Shown: positions 61,139-64,000 of the stretch, one piece after another
How positions within the stretch are numbered: position 1 is the first letter of the stretch
How the letters are laid out: each line of letters begins with the position of its first letter
Assembly: GCA_010093815.1 (NCBI GenBank)
Contig: ML996597.1
Strand: one strand, 5' to 3'
Source: Pseudovirgaria hyperparasitica
Taxonomy: Eukaryota
Length of the DNA: 64,000 bases
Position numbers and translations under genes: made by a program
The notes under the pieces: generated by a model
Seen by the model: only the letters and a program-made list of their open reading frames with translations
Database searches by the model: none
Told to the model about the DNA's origin: nothing

Positions 61139-64000
61139 ATGCTCTCTTCAACTGCTCACCATGACTTTCCCCCGGCCCTCGGCCACATTCATATTCCGTC
61201 CTCAGGCCCAGGTTCACTCGGCCATGACCATGTGGATGGACATGCATACTTCGCTCCACTCCATATGGCTCATGCCGGCTTCGATGTCCCTGCACACTCC
61301 TCTCAGCACTCTTACCAATTCGAACAGCATCAGAAACACCCAAGACCCATTGAAAATGCCTTCGTAAAGCATCGCCAATACCCATACTACCTAGAGTTGG
61401 GGTCAGGACCTGGGCTTTTAGCAGCAGCAGGGCCTCAGACTCTCGGAAATGTAATCATGACACAGGCCCGAGCTGGAAGAGCCATGGCCGCAGCCTCTGT
61501 ACGTCGCCGGATATCCCGAGCTTGCGATCAGTGCAACCAACTTCGAACGAAATGTGATGGCAAATCCCCATGCGCTCATTGTGTTGGTAGGTCAAGCCTT
61601 GTTCCCAAATCCCTGGTCAGAGCGAGAGGAAACAGCGAGCGCGGTAAATGTGCTAATCCCTTGGAAGAGTTCGTTTTGACGTGCGAATATGTTCGCGAAC
61701 GAAAGAAGCGCGGGAAAGCGTCACGAAAGGACATTGCTATTCAACAGGCGGCAGCCGTAAATGCTACCGTGTCTACGTCTGGTTCAAAACACGATGGAAC
61801 ATTCCAAACGAGTCCCCGTGCGACAGCATGCTCTTCGTCCGTTGACCAAGACGGCGACGAGGTTGCCTTTCGTGACAGTTCTGCCGCTCCAGAGCAAGAC
61901 CGCGACTTACCTTCACAACTTCTACATCAAAGCAGGTCACGAGGTCCTTCCAATGACCATGACCGATCGTACAACGTAACTTCGCCTGTGTCTCGATCAG
62001 TCAGTCTATCAGGAGCTGACAGTATTCCTGTGGGTGGTATGCTACAACGTCACCATCATCATCCCCAATCTCATCAGATGTCCAACGTAGACCCTCGACT
62101 ATCGAACGATGTTTCGATGGCACTAAACGGGTACGGTCATCTTGAAGACTTTTCTGGGAGTATGATGAGTTCACATGCAGCTGTCAACGAAGGGCACAAT
62201 GATCAATCCACTACTGGATTTATCACCAATTCGGTTATGCGCAAAGAACACACCCATGTGTATCCAGAAGATCCATATATCATCAGTCCTTCGAGAGAGA
62301 TACAACACCAGAACGTCTTCCAATTGCCACCAGGCGAATCGCCAATATCGACAAGCTTTCTCAAGAGCGCCTCTACAGGGGGGTCTCCCGCCTGGTACAA
62401 TATAGGCTCCCCATCTACAGGAATGTACGGAAATACAACCCACATTCCGACTCAAGGCCTTCGATACCCGGTCCTCCAACCTCTCTTGCCTCACCTCAAT
62501 GGTCTACTACCAACTTCAATATCCTGTGATCTGCTAGAGCTGTACTTTCAAAGCTCGTCGTGCGCATTCATTCGGCCCTTATCCCCATATGTACTTGGTT
62601 ACGTCTTACGCAAGCGATCCTTCCTTCGTCAGATGAATCCCCGAGCATGCAGTCCAGCTTTACTTGCAAGCATACTGTGGATAGGAGCGCAGACCAGCGA
62701 GTCCCCATTTCTTACCACTCCACCGTCAGCTCGTGGCAAGATCTGCCAGAAGCTGCTTGAGCTCACCATCAGTCTACTCAGGCCCCTCATTCATTCTCCG
62801 GTTGCTACGAATGACACTGCTCCCAGCTACGCTGCAAACACGGTCGTCAATGGGGTCGCATTAGGCGGCTTTGGGGTTGCCATGTCTGGTCAATCTAGCG
62901 AGATAAATGGCTCTCCAGGTGCTGCTGGTAACTTGGACGACGTTATAACTTATATGCATTTGGCAATTGTAGTCTCTGCAAGTGAATACAAGGCAGCCAG
63001 TCTTCGATGGTGGAATGCAGCATGGTCCTTAGCACGTGAGCTAAAACTCGGACGCGAGCTTCCTCCAAATACCGTCGTGGTACATGACTTACACCCTGAA
63101 CAGCGTGAAGATGATGTACCTGGCGGTATCGAAATCGATGTATCTGATATAGGACATATCCAGGATCAACCGGGATGCTATTCTGAAGAGGAGCGTGAAG
63201 AGCGACGAAGAATCTGGTGGCTTCTCTACATCATGGACAGACATCTGGCTTTATGCTACAATCGGCCCCTTTTCCTCCTAGACTTAGAGTGTGATGGATT
63301 GTTACAGCCAGTCGATGACTGTGTGTGGCAAAGTGGAGAGTTCTACATCCCAGAATCCAGCTCGACAGATCCAAATTCAAACTATCTTAGACAACGAGGA
63401 CCGACATTTCACTGTACTGGACACAGTATCTTCGGATATTTCTTGCCCCTCATGACAATATTAGGGGGCATAGTCGATCTTAATCATGCCCGCAATCATC
63501 CTCGATTCGGACTAAGAAATCGCAACGGCCGTGAATGGGACGAACAGGCCGCTGAGATAACACAACAGCTTGAAGCATATGAGCACAGCCTTCAGCACTT
63601 CGAGGAACGATTCTGTGGTAGCCTCAAGCACGACGAAGCTGCGAACGGTAGCAGTCATAATGCCGAAGTGCACAGTCCCTCTACTCATTCTATTCACTCC
63701 TCCAGCTCCAGGACTACCGACCAAATATTGCAAACCAAGATTGTCGTCGTCTATGGCACCCATGTCATGCACACACTTCATATACTGCTTAATGGCAAAT
63801 GGGACCCAATCTCACTCCTTGACGACAACGACCTGTGGATCTCATCACAAGCATTTGTAACAGCTACGGGCCACGCGGTCGATGCGGCAAAGGCCATACG
63901 CAACATATTGGACTGTGACCCAGATCTAAGTTTCATGCCTTTCTTCTTCGGAATCTATCTACTGCAAGGGAGCTTCTTACTACTTCTGATTGCAGATAAG
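61139..64000 (+). CDS. xlnR: Xylanolytic transcriptional activator XlnR/Xyr1 (3' end outside the window)
   Basis: RRRISRACDQCNQLRTKCDGKSPCAHCV|EFVLTCEYVRERKKRGKASRKD, LRYPVLQPL, ASEYKAASLRWW, EEEREERRR and FMPFFFGIYLLQGSF. Intron 61587-61667. No stop before the window end. Confidence 0.92.
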   Translation, partial: MLSSTAHHDFPPALGHIHIPSSGPGSLGHDHVDGHAYFAPLHMAHAGFDVPAHSSQHSYQFEQHQKHPRPIENAFVKHRQYPYYLELGSGPGLLAAAGPQTLGNVIMTQARAGRAMAAASVRRRISRACDQCNQLRTKCDGKSPCAHCVGRSSLVPKSLVRARGNSERGKCANPLEEFVLTCEYVRERKKRGKASRKDIAIQQAAAVNATVSTSGSKHDGTFQTSPRATACSSSVDQDGDEVAFRDSSAAPEQDRDLPSQLLHQSRSRGPSNDHDRSYNVTSPVSRSVSLSGADSIPVGGMLQRHHHHPQSHQMSNVDPRLSNDVSMALNGYGHLEDFSGSMMSSHAAVNEGHNDQSTTGFITNSVMRKEHTHVYPEDPYIISPSREIQHQNVFQLPPGESPISTSFLKSASTGGSPAWYNIGSPSTGMYGNTTHIPTQGLRYPVLQPLLPHLNGLLPTSISCDLLELYFQSSSCAFIRPLSPYVLGYVLRKRSFLRQMNPRACSPALLASILWIGAQTSESPFLTTPPSARGKICQKLLELTISLLRPLIHSPVATNDTAPSYAANTVVNGVALGGFGVAMSGQSSEINGSPGAAGNLDDVITYMHLAIVVSASEYKAASLRWWNAAWSLARELKLGRELPPNTVVVHDLHPEQREDDVPGGIEIDVSDIGHIQDQPGCYSEEEREERRRIWWLLYIMDRHLALCYNRPLFLLDLECDGLLQPVDDCVWQSGEFYIPESSSTDPNSNYLRQRGPTFHCTGHSIFGYFLPLMTILGGIVDLNHARNHPRFGLRNRNGREWDEQAAEITQQLEAYEHSLQHFEERFCGSLKHDEAANGSSHNAEVHSPSTHSIHSSSSRTTDQILQTKIVVVYGTHVMHTLHILLNGKWDPISLLDDNDLWISSQAFVTATGHAVDAAKAIRNILDCDPDLSFMPFFFGIYLLQGSFLLLLIADK

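Noticed and set aside
1..64000. tRNA, rRNA or CRISPR-like arrays
   Set aside because: No cloverleaf/T-loop context, rRNA-like sequence or regularly spaced repeat-spacer array seen; only short microsatellites.

Overview
Gene-dense eukaryotic DNA from a filamentous ascomycete (short GT-AG introns with CTRAY branch sites, Zn2Cys6 factors, an XlnR orthologue). The first ~1 kb is an AT/TpA-rich, RIP-like degenerate repeat ending in a probable 178-bp TG...CA LTR. It is followed by about 26 protein-coding genes, mostly housekeeping or conserved (RPN2, S28 peptidase, APC amino-acid permease, 2OG-Fe(II) oxygenase, UPF0183/PHAF1, kinesin-5, PheRS alpha, CYP52-like P450, PP2C, nicotinamidase, ASNSD1-like, DUF4202, AVT3-like, ELP4, hexokinase-like, GILT-like, NECAP, MtnX/Pyp1-like HAD, SHE9, ALDH, xlnR running off the right end). 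The best candidate for an undescribed system is a three-gene unit at 31822-39463. It consists of a TauD-like Fe(II)/2OG dioxygenase fused to a HAD phosphatase, a divergently transcribed sugar-porter MFS, and a Zn2Cys6 regulator, with a repeated CGGATG motif in the shared promoter. Other points of interest are splicing oddities (an AT-AG/mutated donor in the 2OG oxygenase, a stop-free in-frame intron inside the XlnR zinc cluster, a GC-AG intron) and clusters of promoter motifs. Gene models were spliced by eye and family names come from motif recognition; no database search was run.
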